Shown here: positions 40,668-51,665 of the stretch, one piece after another
How positions within the stretch are numbered: position 1 is the stretch's first letter
Layout of the letters: each line of letters opens with the position of its first letter
Source of the DNA: Sulfolobales archaeon HS-7
Lineage (GTDB): Archaea; Thermoproteota; Thermoprotei_A; Sulfolobales; Sulfolobaceae
Assembly (NCBI GenBank): GCA_019704295.1
Contig: AP024596.1
Span: forward strand, 2,087,178-2,151,177
Reading direction: 5' to 3'
Length of the DNA stretch: 64,000 nt
Made by a program: the position numbers and the translations under genes
Notes under the pieces: generated by a model
The model's database searches: none
Seen by the model: only the letters and a program-made list of their open reading frames with translations
Told to the model about the DNA's origin: nothing

Positions 40668-42725
40668 ATGGTAGAATACAATTCAACGGATAACGTTAAA
40701 GCCGGACTTCCATTAGGAGGTATAGGCGCAGGAAAGGTAGAAATAAATAATAAAGGGAAAATGGTTAATCTTACTATATTTAATAACTGGAATAAACCAT
40801 TACAAATTGTTAGGGGATTCCACGTCTTTATAATCCCTGAGGACATGGAGGGTTTTTTTGTTGAAACTCAACCTAGCGTTCTTCACATGCAAGATAGAGG
40901 GTGCGAACTCCATTATTATGGAAGCTATCCTTTCCTTCGGCTTGTTCCTTATAATAGACCCCAAATTGAGGTTACTGCGTTCACAGCGCTGATTCCGGGA
41001 AAAATAGAGGATTCATCTCTTCCCGCTTTCGGAATAAGGGTAAGGACTAACGAACGAAAAGTAGTGAAAGTTGCTATCTCTCTTCCGAACTTAATAGGTA
41101 CTTCTATTAGAGGGAGATTCAATAAGGAGGTTGATGGAGGCGTTATGTTCTTAACGGAAAATACGTCATCTATAGACCCGTCATATGGAGATATGACGTT
41201 AATAACTGATAAACCGTTAAAAATAATTCCGCAAAATTCGATAAACGTAGATGTAAATACTACTATCAAGGGGGGACATTCTAAAATAGACTTTGAAGAC
41301 GGCAATATTTGGAGACGCATTGAAAGAGGAGACGAGATCGAGTCCATTAAAGGATCGGCAAGGGGTATGTGGGACGACTTTGGTGGTATTGTTGTTGCGG
41401 ATCTAAAGGAGGGCGAGGCGAAGTTCGTAGTCTCCTGGTATTTTAATAACCCATGGATCTATTACCCTTATCGGCATTTCTACGCAACCAGGTTTAGGAA
41501 TTCACTTGATGTTGGGGAATATTTCCTAAAGAACTTCGATGAGTTTTATGATAATTCAAAGCAGTTCTGTAAGGGAGATGACTCTTTACCAGAGTGGTTG
41601 ATTGACTCGATGTGTAACTCTGCATATATACTCTCCTCTAGTACGTGGTTAGACGATAAGGGAAGATTTTCAATTTTTGAATCTCCAGAGAACTTTCCTG
41701 TTTTGGGTACGATAGGTGGGTTAACTTATGAGGCGGGCTCTTTACCCGTATTACTTGATTTCCCTGAATTAGAGAAGGCTTTCTTAACCGTATTAGCTAA
41801 CGCGATTGATGATAGCGGTTACGTTCCACATGATTTAGGGCTGTTCTCGCTAGACGCTCCATTAGATGGAACGACCTCTCCTCCAAGATGGAAAGACCTA
41901 AATCCCTCGTTTATCCTCCTCGTTTACAGATATTACAAGTTAACTAATGATCGAGAATTCCTGGAAAAGATTTACCCGACGTTAAAAGCGGTCCTACTCT
42001 GGGAGGTATCGCGGGATAGGGATGGGGACGGTCTTCCTGAATTGGAGGGAACCGGAGACACATCATTCGACGTAACTTACATAGAGGGGACCGATAGCTA
42101 TACTTCTACATTATTTTTAGCCTCTCTTTACGCATATAGGGAGATATTAAATATTCTAAAAATCGAGCCATCAGATTACGTTGACAAATTGATAGAGAGG
42201 GCAGAAAAATCCCTCAGTACGATGTATAACGGTAAGTACTTTTTAGCGTGGAAAGGGCTTCCGGATGTAGGAGATGCACTGTTTTTGGGGCAGATTATAG
42301 GACTGTGGTGGAGCATTACTACTGGCCTTCCAATATTTCCGGAACGCGAAAAGGTCATCTCGATTCTTAATAACATATGCAAGGTAAATGGAGCTGCGTC
42401 TCATATATGTACTCCTAATCTTGTTTCCTCAGACGGTAAAGTAATTTCTCTCTCTCCTCAGACCGAAGGTTCATGGCCACGACTTGTTATGTCATTAGCC
42501 CCTTTAGCTATAGAATATGAAATGGACTGCTTGCTCGAGGCGGTTCAAAAGGAATGGAATACTATTGTAAAGGATGGAATGGTATGGAACCAGCCATCAC
42601 GTATAAACGCTAGAACGGGGGTACCAGACATATATTTGGATCATTATATAGGAAGTCCCGCCTTGTGGTCAGTAGCGTTATTCATGAAATTGAACGGCAA
42701 TGTTAAGAGCACTAGAAACACTTAA
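40668..42725 (+). CDS. GH116 beta-glycosidase (GBA2-like)
   Basis: GLPLGGIGAG, VPHDLG, WKDLNP, DRDGDGLPE. Confidence 0.93.
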   Translation: MVEYNSTDNVKAGLPLGGIGAGKVEINNKGKMVNLTIFNNWNKPLQIVRGFHVFIIPEDMEGFFVETQPSVLHMQDRGCELHYYGSYPFLRLVPYNRPQIEVTAFTALIPGKIEDSSLPAFGIRVRTNERKVVKVAISLPNLIGTSIRGRFNKEVDGGVMFLTENTSSIDPSYGDMTLITDKPLKIIPQNSINVDVNTTIKGGHSKIDFEDGNIWRRIERGDEIESIKGSARGMWDDFGGIVVADLKEGEAKFVVSWYFNNPWIYYPYRHFYATRFRNSLDVGEYFLKNFDEFYDNSKQFCKGDDSLPEWLIDSMCNSAYILSSSTWLDDKGRFSIFESPENFPVLGTIGGLTYEAGSLPVLLDFPELEKAFLTVLANAIDDSGYVPHDLGLFSLDAPLDGTTSPPRWKDLNPSFILLVYRYYKLTNDREFLEKIYPTLKAVLLWEVSRDRDGDGLPELEGTGDTSFDVTYIEGTDSYTSTLFLASLYAYREILNILKIEPSDYVDKLIERAEKSLSTMYNGKYFLAWKGLPDVGDALFLGQIIGLWWSITTGLPIFPEREKVISILNNICKVNGAASHICTPNLVSSDGKVISLSPQTEGSWPRLVMSLAPLAIEYEMDCLLEAVQKEWNTIVKDGMVWNQPSRINARTGVPDIYLDHYIGSPALWSVALFMKLNGNVKSTRNT

Positions 42726-42755
42726 AGTTAAAAATTTTACAATGCAGGAAATACA

Positions 42756-43787
42756 ATGCAAATTATTTGGCTCCTTGCAACGTCCTTAGATATACTCTTC
42801 GCCCTTATGATAATTTCTCAGATCCTTGTTGAGAATAAACTGTTTAAGGTGAGCGGTAGTTATGACGGAAAGGTCTCAGTTATTATGCCTATTCGAGGAA
42901 TAGATCCTACATTACTGGAGAACATCAACTCTATCGAAAAACAGAGACCTTATGAACTACTCCTCGTTGCAGACCCTGATGATACCGAGACAATAAATTT
43001 TCTAAGAAAAGCAGGAAAAAGAACATTATTATCGGAAAATGTGTGCGAAACATGTAGTGGAAAAATCAGAGCCCAGTTAACTGGATTAAAGTACGCTACT
43101 GGAGATTGCGTGATTTTCGTTGATTCAGATTCAAGAGTCAGGGAAAACTGGATTAATCAGATGATTTCTCCCTTGGACAAGCACGACGCTGTATCAACGT
43201 TTTCTTGGCCCGTTCCAGTAAAATACTCCGTTAAGAACTTGTTAAGGGCAGGATACTGGACACTCGGCTTTGAATCACAAGGAACATCACACAATTTTCT
43301 CTGGGGTGGCTCAATGGCCTTCAGGAGGAATTTCTTTTCGGAACAGATTATAAGCGAGATGTCAACTGAGTGGTGTGATGACTGTGCACTTACAAGAATT
43401 GTGAAAAGGAGACAAGGCAAGATATCTTTTAACCTAAACGCAATGCCTCTTAACTATTACGATGAACGAAAGTTGTCGTCATGGGCGATTAGAGAGGCCA
43501 AAACTATATGGAAGTATTATCCTAAGGGGGCTAGAACATTTTTATTGTTATTTTTTATACTTATACTATTATTGACATTGTCTGTATTAAGTTATAATAT
43601 TCTTATATCAATTCCGTTGGTTTTATGGATAGTTAAGAATTTATTTCGTGGCAGAAACGTAGGTAAGATAGCAATTATTCCCGCAATTATGTCGATTGCG
43701 GGTATTTTCTTCGGCGGTTATATTACACTAAGAGCCAAGTTCTCTGATAAGGTAGAGTGGAGAGGAAGAGTGTACGAATTAAATTAG
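42756..43787 (+). CDS. GT2/GT21-like membrane glycosyltransferase
   Basis: VIMPIRG, SGKI, FVDSD, WGGSMA, DD, C-terminal TMs, VEWRGRVY. Confidence 0.88.
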   Translation: MQIIWLLATSLDILFALMIISQILVENKLFKVSGSYDGKVSVIMPIRGIDPTLLENINSIEKQRPYELLLVADPDDTETINFLRKAGKRTLLSENVCETCSGKIRAQLTGLKYATGDCVIFVDSDSRVRENWINQMISPLDKHDAVSTFSWPVPVKYSVKNLLRAGYWTLGFESQGTSHNFLWGGSMAFRRNFFSEQIISEMSTEWCDDCALTRIVKRRQGKISFNLNAMPLNYYDERKLSSWAIREAKTIWKYYPKGARTFLLLFFILILLLTLSVLSYNILISIPLVLWIVKNLFRGRNVGKIAIIPAIMSIAGIFFGGYITLRAKFSDKVEWRGRVYELN

Positions 43788-44081
43788 ATGGTTTTTCAGT
43801 GTAGTGAGAGTTCTGTTTGAAAAATAGGGAGTAAGTTCTCGTCATGGAGAATTATCATAGGGTATGTTTTCCTAAATCTCGTTTTTGTTAAGTTAATGGT
43901 ATTAGAATGACCCTGGCATGCATAAAGATCTCCAACTATCTCATAAATGACGTAACCTTATATATAGACTGGATTATGCTATTTCTCAAACGTTTTCAAT
44001 TGCTTATTTCGTTTAAAGAGAGTCTCGGTTACTTGTTAGCTTTTTTAATAAAACGGGGTATTTGTACATGATGAGGCATCA

Positions 44082-44282
44082 ATGTCACAGGAAACTCAAC
44101 CCAAGATAACTACGGTAATAAAGTGTAAAACTTGTTCTTATAAGGTTGAACGACCGTTTGTTGAGGGGGATTTTGTGCTAAAGACTGAGGGCAGATGTCC
44201 CAACGATGGTGGAGAGCTCTATATTGATGGAATCTACAGTGAGGAGAAAAATCCTGAAGAAAAGAAGAACAAGAAACAATAG
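44082..44282 (+). CDS. Zinc-ribbon protein
   Basis: CKTC...RPFVEGDFV...CPNDGG. Confidence 0.8.
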   Translation: MSQETQPKITTVIKCKTCSYKVERPFVEGDFVLKTEGRCPNDGGELYIDGIYSEEKNPEEKKNKKQ

Positions 44283-44312
44283 ATTTTTATTTACTGGGCG
44301 AAATAAGATAGT

Positions 44313-44435
44313 GCCCGCCCGGCCATAGTGACTGGGTAACACCCGTACCCATATCGAATACGGAAGTTAAGCCGGTCACGTTGTAGGTGCGGTGGGATCC
44401 GCGAGGGCCCGCAGCGCCTGCAAGCTGGGCCGGGC
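44313..44435 (+). rRNA. rrf: 5S rRNA (stand-alone)
   Basis: GGCCATAG...ACACCCGTACCCATATCGAATACGGAAGTTAAGCC; terminal stem. Confidence 0.95.
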
Positions 44436-44465
44436 TTTATATACGTGGATTACTGAAAGTATTGC

Positions 44466-45662
44466 GTGAAAAAAATATTTGATGAAATTCACGGGTCTAT
44501 ATCTCTAGACGATGAATATCTGAGAATTGTAAACTCCAGGATATTTCAGCGTCTAAGGCGGATAAGGCAAACGAGTACGGCATACATGGTTTATCCAGGT
44601 GCTACTCATACCCGATTTAGTCATTCGTTAGGCTCATATTTGCTGGGTCGTAAAGTAGCCGAAGCCACAGGAATCGAGAAGAAAGATGAATTCGCAATGT
44701 GCGCGTTGATTCACGATATAGGACAGTATCCCTTTACTCACTCAATCGGAACTTATTATATGGAGAAGTTCAAAGATAATGCTAGTACGACTAATATAGC
44801 CCTTAGACTTCTAACTGATGATTCGGAAGTCAGGGACATAATTGAATCGTCTTCGCTGGACTATCAGTTTATTAGAGATCTTCTTACAAGCGACGAAGAT
44901 ATGAGTATCCTAGTTAATGGGGATATCGATGTTGATAGAATGGATTACCTAGTTAGGGACTCAAAACACACTGGAATATCTCTAGGAACCTTAGATCTGG
45001 ACAGACTAATAGACAATATAAACTATTATAGGGGAAAATACGTTGTAAATGAAAAGGGATTGATATCCCTTGAGAATTTCTTCATAGCAAGGCTTCATAT
45101 GTATGAGGCAGTATACTATCACAAGACGATTGTAGGATACGAATTGTTATTAAGAAGGATATTTGAAAACCTCATACCTTACTGTTGTCCAGAAATATCA
45201 CATATTTCCGGAATATATAAAATGATCAATAATTGGTATCACCTGTGGGATGATGACTGGGTTATTTCGCAAATGCGTTTGGCCTTAAGGGAGGTTAGTT
45301 TCTCATCGAAAATCAGGGAACTAATTGAAAATTTCCTAGACAGGAAAGGAATAAAATTACTCTGGGAAAAGCAAACCTTTGAAGATAATGCGGATTTCGC
45401 TCCACTCCTTGAGATAAGGGAAGTACTTGAAAAACTAGGTGTACCAGAGGATTCGATATATTTGTTTTCTGAAAAGATTCGAATATTGAATAAGGACAAC
45501 ATCATAATACGTACCAAAAACGGGGATTTCACATTATCTGAATTTAAGGGAACTTCACTCTACTACATGCCGAGTTTTCTTACGATGATGAGAATATATC
45601 TTGATAGGGAGTATTTCGAACAAGTTAAAGACAGGATAAGTTACAATCTACCGAAATCCTGA
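44466..45662 (+). CDS. HD-domain phosphohydrolase (dNTPase-like)
   Basis: FQRLRRI, HTRFSHSLG, HDIG, DVDRMDYLVRD. Confidence 0.92.
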   Translation: MKKIFDEIHGSISLDDEYLRIVNSRIFQRLRRIRQTSTAYMVYPGATHTRFSHSLGSYLLGRKVAEATGIEKKDEFAMCALIHDIGQYPFTHSIGTYYMEKFKDNASTTNIALRLLTDDSEVRDIIESSSLDYQFIRDLLTSDEDMSILVNGDIDVDRMDYLVRDSKHTGISLGTLDLDRLIDNINYYRGKYVVNEKGLISLENFFIARLHMYEAVYYHKTIVGYELLLRRIFENLIPYCCPEISHISGIYKMINNWYHLWDDDWVISQMRLALREVSFSSKIRELIENFLDRKGIKLLWEKQTFEDNADFAPLLEIREVLEKLGVPEDSIYLFSEKIRILNKDNIIIRTKNGDFTLSEFKGTSLYYMPSFLTMMRIYLDREYFEQVKDRISYNLPKS

Positions 45663-45737
45663 ACTATCTAAGTAAACACCTTTAGTTTTTTAAGCTGAAG
45701 TAGAATCAAGTATTCTTGGGACGATAAAAATAGGAGG

Positions 45738-46139
45738 ATGAACATGTCTAAACCATCTTACGTGAAGTTTGAAGTACCAGAAGAGCTAGCTAACAAGGTT
45801 CTCGAACTATTGAAAACGGCTAAGGAGTCAGGCAAGGTTAAGAAAGGCACAAACGAGACGATAAAAGCAGTTGAAAGGGGCATAGCCAAATTAGTTCTAA
45901 TAGCTGAAGACGTTGAGCCGGAGGAAATCGTAGCTCCTCTTCCAGAACTGTGTGACGAGAAGAAGGTTCCATATGTTTACGTTCCTTCAAAGAAGGCAAT
46001 AGGTGAAGCAGCAGGCCTTCAAGTATCTGCTGCCGCGGCTGCGATTGTTGAACCTGGGCAGGCAAAGGACACAATTGGCGAGGTAGTGAAGAGAATCGAG
46101 GAAATCCGCACGCAGAAGAGCGGAGAACAGTCAGAGTGA
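45738..46139 (+). CDS. rpl7ae: Ribosomal protein L7Ae
   Basis: [25 protein letters not shown]. Confidence 0.98.
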   Translation: MNMSKPSYVKFEVPEELANKVLELLKTAKESGKVKKGTNETIKAVERGIAKLVLIAEDVEPEEIVAPLPELCDEKKVPYVYVPSKKAIGEAAGLQVSAAAAAIVEPGQAKDTIGEVVKRIEEIRTQKSGEQSE

Positions 46140-46212
46140 TAAACACTATCAGAGATTAAAAGTAGTAAAGATAGAAAAAATTTTTTAAAAGGCTAATTCC
46201 ATATGTAGAGCA

Positions 46213-47724
46213 ATGGCCAAGTTTCTAAGGGAAAGTTCAGGGCTCGTGAAAACAGTAACTCTAAAGGATTTGGTCATGTTGAATATAGCCAATATGGGAG
46301 CTGGCCTAGCCGTATTTCAGGGAATATCTCCTTATATAATTCCCGGGGCCCGTCTTTGGATCGCCTCTATATTAACTTTCTTGTTTACTTTACCAATATT
46401 ATTTAGCTACACCATATTAACGACGAAGATTCCCAGAACCGGTGGAGATTACGTATGGCTATCTCGAAAACTGAGTCCAGCTCTTGGAAGTATTATGGGC
46501 ATTGCCTTCGCGTTTAACATGCCTCCATTTTTCGCTTTATCCGCTTTTTTCTCGGGAGCTGCAATAAATACAGTTCTTTATGAGATAGGCTCCCTGGATT
46601 CGGTGAGTTCCCTCCAATACTTAGCGGACAAAGTCTTCGTTAACCCTTACGTAACTACAGGGATAACCCACTTGATACTATTTTACCTAATCGCCGCTGT
46701 ATCTTTTATTATTATTATTATAATAAATATTATTAAGCCGAGATGGGGGTATACGTTAACGACAGCTCTTGGGATGCTTTCTGTAGGCACTCTTATTTTA
46801 GCTATGTTAGTTGTCGGGATTTCATTGCCTTACTTTCATAGTGCAGTTGAACCACTTCTTTCGATTTACGGAATTTCACCAATGGTATATAAGGGTCCTA
46901 GATTTTCCTTATACTCTACGGTATATATGGTTCCTTATTTCGCATCTTACGCGTATATCTGGCTATACGCAGGTCCAGCAGTTTCTGCCGAAGCTAAGCA
47001 GGGTTCTCTAAAATACAATTTGATCATTTCGAGTGTGATGACTTTATTCCTTATAACTACGCCCTTTCTTTTACTCGATATAGGCGGCGGATACGGATTT
47101 AATTATAATTTGTACCTTACTGGAAACTACAACTTCTGGACTATAGCAATCGCGTTAGCTAAAAATCCAATCTTACAATGGATTTTAGGTATCGGTCTAA
47201 TAGCGTGGAACTTTTTCATAATGGCATTCGGTGTCATAGTTTTCTCAAGATATATATTTGCATTTGCCTTTGATAGGCTATTTCCCGCCTCTTTTGCTAA
47301 ATTGAATAAGGCGTCATCACCAATTTACGCCCATTTATTAGATCTGGGAGTTACGCTCTTCTTTCTAGCAATCCCAGTTATATCTATTTACGGAGCTGAG
47401 TCTCTATACAGTTACACACCTTTAGCTGTGACTTATCTAATACTACTTTCGATTGTAGCCATTAAGGTGGGTAGGGTGGAGGATCATAAGCCACTATTCT
47501 GGAGCGGAATCATATCCCTTTTTACCTTAGGGTTATTGGGTTATGAGTCGTTTACTAATCCCTATTTCGGAATAGTATCGTCTAGTGGAATTAATCTCAT
47601 AGGGGTGGGATATCTCTTAGGTCTGATCGGTTTAGGCTGTGTTACGTATACTGTGGCAAGGACAGTAAGAAGAAGAGAGGGAATAGAGCTCTCACAAATA
47701 TATACTGAAATACCTCCAGAGTAA
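46213..47724 (+). CDS. APC-family amino acid permease
   Basis: FLRESSGLVK, PRTGGDYVW, AFDRLFP, EIPPE. Confidence 0.9.
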   Translation: MAKFLRESSGLVKTVTLKDLVMLNIANMGAGLAVFQGISPYIIPGARLWIASILTFLFTLPILFSYTILTTKIPRTGGDYVWLSRKLSPALGSIMGIAFAFNMPPFFALSAFFSGAAINTVLYEIGSLDSVSSLQYLADKVFVNPYVTTGITHLILFYLIAAVSFIIIIIINIIKPRWGYTLTTALGMLSVGTLILAMLVVGISLPYFHSAVEPLLSIYGISPMVYKGPRFSLYSTVYMVPYFASYAYIWLYAGPAVSAEAKQGSLKYNLIISSVMTLFLITTPFLLLDIGGGYGFNYNLYLTGNYNFWTIAIALAKNPILQWILGIGLIAWNFFIMAFGVIVFSRYIFAFAFDRLFPASFAKLNKASSPIYAHLLDLGVTLFFLAIPVISIYGAESLYSYTPLAVTYLILLSIVAIKVGRVEDHKPLFWSGIISLFTLGLLGYESFTNPYFGIVSSSGINLIGVGYLLGLIGLGCVTYTVARTVRRREGIELSQIYTEIPPE

Positions 47725-47728
47725 GCTA

Positions 47729-47850
47729 GTGCGAACTACTCTACTTTATGGAGGGAACTTCCTGCTTCCACACCTTGCCAATGTGCATAGCCCATGGTTT
47801 GAGGCTAAGTTCAACATGCATTAAGGTCGTTTCGATCGCCATCTTGATAT
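47729..47850 (-). mobile_element. Decayed IS605/tnpB right end
   Basis: DR.DLNA-like remnant then GAAGCAGGAAG...GTAGTTCGCAC. Confidence 0.5.
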
Positions 47851-48168
47851 TAAGGAAAGTGTTATACTTCTTATCTGCAACTCAACCCCAGTTTGGTAAG
47901 AAAAGACGTTACCAATTAAGGTTAGATCTTTCCTGATGTAACTGCATTTCATAAAGCTCCTCGATATTCCCATAGCATTTTCATTATACCTGTCACTAAT
48001 CTAGTTACTACTCTAAGAAAATCTTCATGACACATCTGCTAATTATTTAATTGACTTTTATGGGAAAATATGGTAAATACTAATTATAATATTTATTGTA
48101 TTTATATTAAAGTTTTTCGAAACATATCCGCTAATCTAATTACCTTGCTAAGTTAATACTATAGTACG

Positions 48169-48459
48169 TTGAGCACCCTTAGTAAGAGTAACATTAAGTT
48201 AATTTTGATTTTATTATTATTAATTGTCATTTTATCGTTCCTAGTTTCCCCAGTTATTCTGCTAATTACGGTACCTTTGGGAATAATGTTTCATAATCCT
48301 GGTATTCCAATCTTATTATTACTTATCCCTATTGGGCTAATGGGCTTCTCCTTACTGTATCATATATCCTTGTTTATAGTAGTAATATTCATACTATATC
48401 TAATATTGACAACGTTCTTTCACAAACTCCCTATTCCGTTTAGAAAAATAGTTCCTTAA
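48169..48459 (+). CDS. Small membrane protein
   Basis: Hydrophobic 96-aa ORF. Confidence 0.55.
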   Translation: MSTLSKSNIKLILILLLLIVILSFLVSPVILLITVPLGIMFHNPGIPILLLLIPIGLMGFSLLYHISLFIVVIFILYLILTTFFHKLPIPFRKIVP

Positions 48460-48496
48460 TCCACAAAACAAGAAATATATTTATTTTAGTGAAAAC

Positions 48497-48754
48497 ATGA
48501 TTAATCATATGGAGAAGAAACTGGCGTCATTATTGGTCACATTAGACCTAATATTGACAATTGTTGTAGGGGGCGTGTTTGAATGGGTTTTCCCCATAGT
48601 TATTATTGGATTTATAAAAGAGATAAGTGGGAAAACTGATAGAACAGAAGTTAAAATGCGTAGAATTAAAGCTACTGAATCAATGTTTTATTCATGGCTT
48701 ACAAGATTGAGGAGGTATTTCTTCAAAAAGGGGCTGACACAAGAAAAAAAATAA
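48497..48754 (+). CDS. Small membrane protein
   Basis: Hydrophobic N-half, basic tail. Confidence 0.5.
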   Translation: MINHMEKKLASLLVTLDLILTIVVGGVFEWVFPIVIIGFIKEISGKTDRTEVKMRRIKATESMFYSWLTRLRRYFFKKGLTQEKK

Positions 48755-49005
48755 TAGCTCTTCTATCTCAGAGGCCAATGACTACTAAGCAGTTAGCAGA
48801 GCAGTTAAAGCTCAACTACACCACTGTAAGGTATCACTTAGAAATACTTGAGAAACTCAATATAGTTTGTTCTGATAAGAGGAGGGGATCTGTCTACCAT
48901 CTCACGAAAAACGTTAATTTACTAAGGGCGTATCTAAATGATAGAGCTTTGGAAAATGAAGAGAAGGTTCAGGAAAGGGGCTTACGAACTTATCATAATT
49001 GTTAA
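48694..49005 (+). CDS. ArsR-family regulator
   Basis: KGADTRKKII...QLAEQLKLNYTTVRYHLEIL. Confidence 0.85.
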   Translation: MAYKIEEVFLQKGADTRKKIIALLSQRPMTTKQLAEQLKLNYTTVRYHLEILEKLNIVCSDKRRGSVYHLTKNVNLLRAYLNDRALENEEKVQERGLRTYHNC

Positions 49006-49079
49006 TAGGAGAGGTTTTTAGAGAAGTACTGCACTTTAAAGTAAAGTTAGATACTATGCCTTCTATAAGAGTTTTTATA

Positions 49080-49943
49080 TTAAAACGAAATTATCAACGG
49101 AAGAAGGATAGGAATAAGTATAGTCAATACAACGCCATTAATTAGTGCAGGTAAAGTAGAGTCACTACCTAGTGAACTTGTATAAATTGCTAGAGTGTCG
49201 TCCATTGTGGTAGCCCCTCCAATACTAATTAGGGTCCTTGGGTCCCCTGGAATGATGGGTACTAATATGAAGGTTAATTGTTCTCTTAGGAAGTTTGCTA
49301 TGAATCCCAGTATCCCTAAAGTTACAGATCCTGTAGCTGACGCTATTAGCGGGCCTGTAAATGTATACCATCCCATTCCTAACGTTATAGTTAGCGAAAC
49401 AGGCATTCTAATGTCTAGAAATAAGGAGAGTAGAATTCCTGAGATTAATGAGCCAATTATTGAAATACCAGACGCTATTAATCCGTTTCTTCCATGCCTT
49501 ATAAGTCCCTTCAAGGAGATATTTTCACTTGTAGTTAATCCGACTAAAACTATAAGGATAAGAAGTTCGCCCGATATCAAATTGTCGAAGGGGATTGTTA
49601 ACGATTTAAGTAAAAACCCAATCGGCCATGCTATTAAAACTATTCCTCCATATTTTAATGAGGATAAATTAATGGACTTTAACCTCCTACTGTTTCCCCT
49701 GACGAATGCAGTTCCAACTGCGTAAGTTACCGCTATCGTCACAACGCAATACAGAGTTGAAAGTAACAGAACTGTTAGTATCTCGTTAAGCGGTATTGTA
49801 TTTCCACCCCACGCACTTATGGTAGCGATTAATACCATAACAATTACCGATATTACTTTTTGATCTAACTTGACTCTCCACTTTTTACCAACAACTGCTG
49901 ATAGTATAAAGGCAGGAATAAGGATCAGATCGTACGATATCAT
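49080..49943 (-). CDS. LysO/DUF340-family exporter
   Basis: GMGWYTFTG, NFLRE, GGATTMD. Confidence 0.88.
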   Translation of the reverse strand: MISYDLILIPAFILSAVVGKKWRVKLDQKVISVIVMVLIATISAWGGNTIPLNEILTVLLLSTLYCVVTIAVTYAVGTAFVRGNSRRLKSINLSSLKYGGIVLIAWPIGFLLKSLTIPFDNLISGELLILIVLVGLTTSENISLKGLIRHGRNGLIASGISIIGSLISGILLSLFLDIRMPVSLTITLGMGWYTFTGPLIASATGSVTLGILGFIANFLREQLTFILVPIIPGDPRTLISIGGATTMDDTLAIYTSSLGSDSTLPALINGVVLTILIPILLPLIISF

Positions 49944-50045
49944 TTCAAGTAGATAGATTAGAATGAATACTTTAAGACTTTATTCTAATTTAAAGTAAAA
50001 AATCAGTTCCGTGTACTAATATTTGAATCGATGTAATATTTTAGT

Positions 50046-50681
50046 TTAATTCTTATCTAAAATAATCTTTGGTAATAATATCTTGAAATTATTGAGATGT
50101 TTTTTAATTTCTCTTTCAGCGAAAAACCTAAAAGGTCCATCGTACCATTCGGTTATTCTAAGAGTCATTTCCCTATCTTTATATACGAAGAAATCGAAAC
50201 CAAATCTTATTCTTAGTGCGCTTATTCTTTGTTCAGCTGTGTATTTAACGACGCCAGTTTTCCTGTAAAGTTCATATGTAACCATCAGTGGCGTCTCCAG
50301 CGAGATTAACCACCTGATCGACACCATAAAGGTAGTTTCCCCGATCCTCCTTATGGCCTTTATCTGAGGTATTGTCCCCATAAGTATGTTAGGATCTGCA
50401 AGGACCTTTACAGCAGCTTCCAGCGACGATGAGAGTTGAATTTCCTCACTAAATGTTATTTTAGTGTTTGATTCCCTCTTTGAACCCTCTATTATAAACC
50501 CGTCTTCTGTTTTATCGGTCTCACATGTGAATTCATGATACTTACACATGTCAACAATTTTGCTCACCATCCGTTCGTTACCTACTAAAACCTTGAAATT
50601 TATATCCTCATTCATTATTTTGGAAATATCCATGAGTGCGTCGGTTTCGTCAACGTTTCTGAGGTCTCTTAATGTATCCAC
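50046..50681 (-). CDS. SRPBCC/START-like domain protein
   Basis: VLADPNILMGTIP followed by beta strands and terminal helix. Confidence 0.65.
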   Translation of the reverse strand: MDTLRDLRNVDETDALMDISKIMNEDINFKVLVGNERMVSKIVDMCKYHEFTCETDKTEDGFIIEGSKRESNTKITFSEEIQLSSSLEAAVKVLADPNILMGTIPQIKAIRRIGETTFMVSIRWLISLETPLMVTYELYRKTGVVKYTAEQRISALRIRFGFDFFVYKDREMTLRITEWYDGPFRFFAEREIKKHLNNFKILLPKIILDKN

Positions 50682-50918
50682 AAGTATACTATTAGTTCAT
50701 AGAAAATATAAGTTTTTTTTCTATATTACGCTCTACTCAACTATTTTGAGATGCCAGTAATGTTGTTTTAGTTTAGTATTAAGCTCTTTATACTAATATT
50801 TTATTAAAGATTCTTATGCTAAATCAATTAGTTGTATAAGTGTTAAATTCTTTATCAATATTATAATAATGAAAAACAGGAAAAGAGATTTATTTGGGAC
50901 ATAGAATAAATACGTGTT

Positions 50919-51257
50919 ATGAGAAAACCTAAAATGCTTATCATCAGAGGGCTGCTACCAGTTCTAGTGCTGTATATTCTAACCAAGGAGGGAAAAATGC
51001 ATGGTTATATGATAAAGAAGAAAATCGAGGAGATCACAAAGAAGGAGTTGCCTCAAGGCATGATATATACTCTTTTAAGACGTATGGAAAACGATGGACT
51101 TATTGTTGTAATTAACGGAAAGTCGGATAGGAATAGGAAGGTATATGACATATCCTTGGAGGGGAGGGAGTACCTGAAAAGACATGTGATTGTGCTAAAG
51201 AAGATTGTATTTATAATTAATACCGTTATTAACTTCGTAGAATCAGCTTCTAGTTAG
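50919..51257 (+). CDS. PadR-family regulator
   Basis: MHGYMI, GMIYTLLRRME, RKVYDISLEG. Confidence 0.92.
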   Translation: MRKPKMLIIRGLLPVLVLYILTKEGKMHGYMIKKKIEEITKKELPQGMIYTLLRRMENDGLIVVINGKSDRNRKVYDISLEGREYLKRHVIVLKKIVFIINTVINFVESASS

Positions 51258-51615
51258 CTACTTCTTTTTGCCTTTTCTTGACTATTAATGTCATACCCTG
51301 TCTTGAGACAACCTCTATCCTCTCGCCCCTTGATATATCCTCTGTTGAGATAGCCTTCCAGAGCTCTCCATTAACCCTTACGTATCCTTCCTCTCCTCTT
51401 TTTATGTCATCCACGGCTATCCCTTCTAGACCCTCGTATTTGTAAATATTTCTCTTCCTAGTTTTCGAGATGACGTAAAACATCCTGTATGAGAAAAATC
51501 CCACTATTGCAAGTGAAGGTATATCTATGAGGGGGTCGGCGTAGTATCCTGTAAGTATGAGCAGAGCGATAACTACCGCTATAACAATTATTGGGATAAC
51601 TATATGCGCTACCAT
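51250..51615 (-). CDS. NfeD-family protein (short form)
   Basis: Two TMs, GYVRVNGELWKA. Confidence 0.88.
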   Translation of the reverse strand: MVAHIVIPIIVIAVVIALLILTGYYADPLIDIPSLAIVGFFSYRMFYVISKTRKRNIYKYEGLEGIAVDDIKRGEEGYVRVNGELWKAISTEDISRGERIEVVSRQGMTLIVKKRQKEVAN

Positions 51616-51665
51616 AATTATAAAGTGTACTTACATGAAGAAAAATTTTTATCTGAAATACCTTT

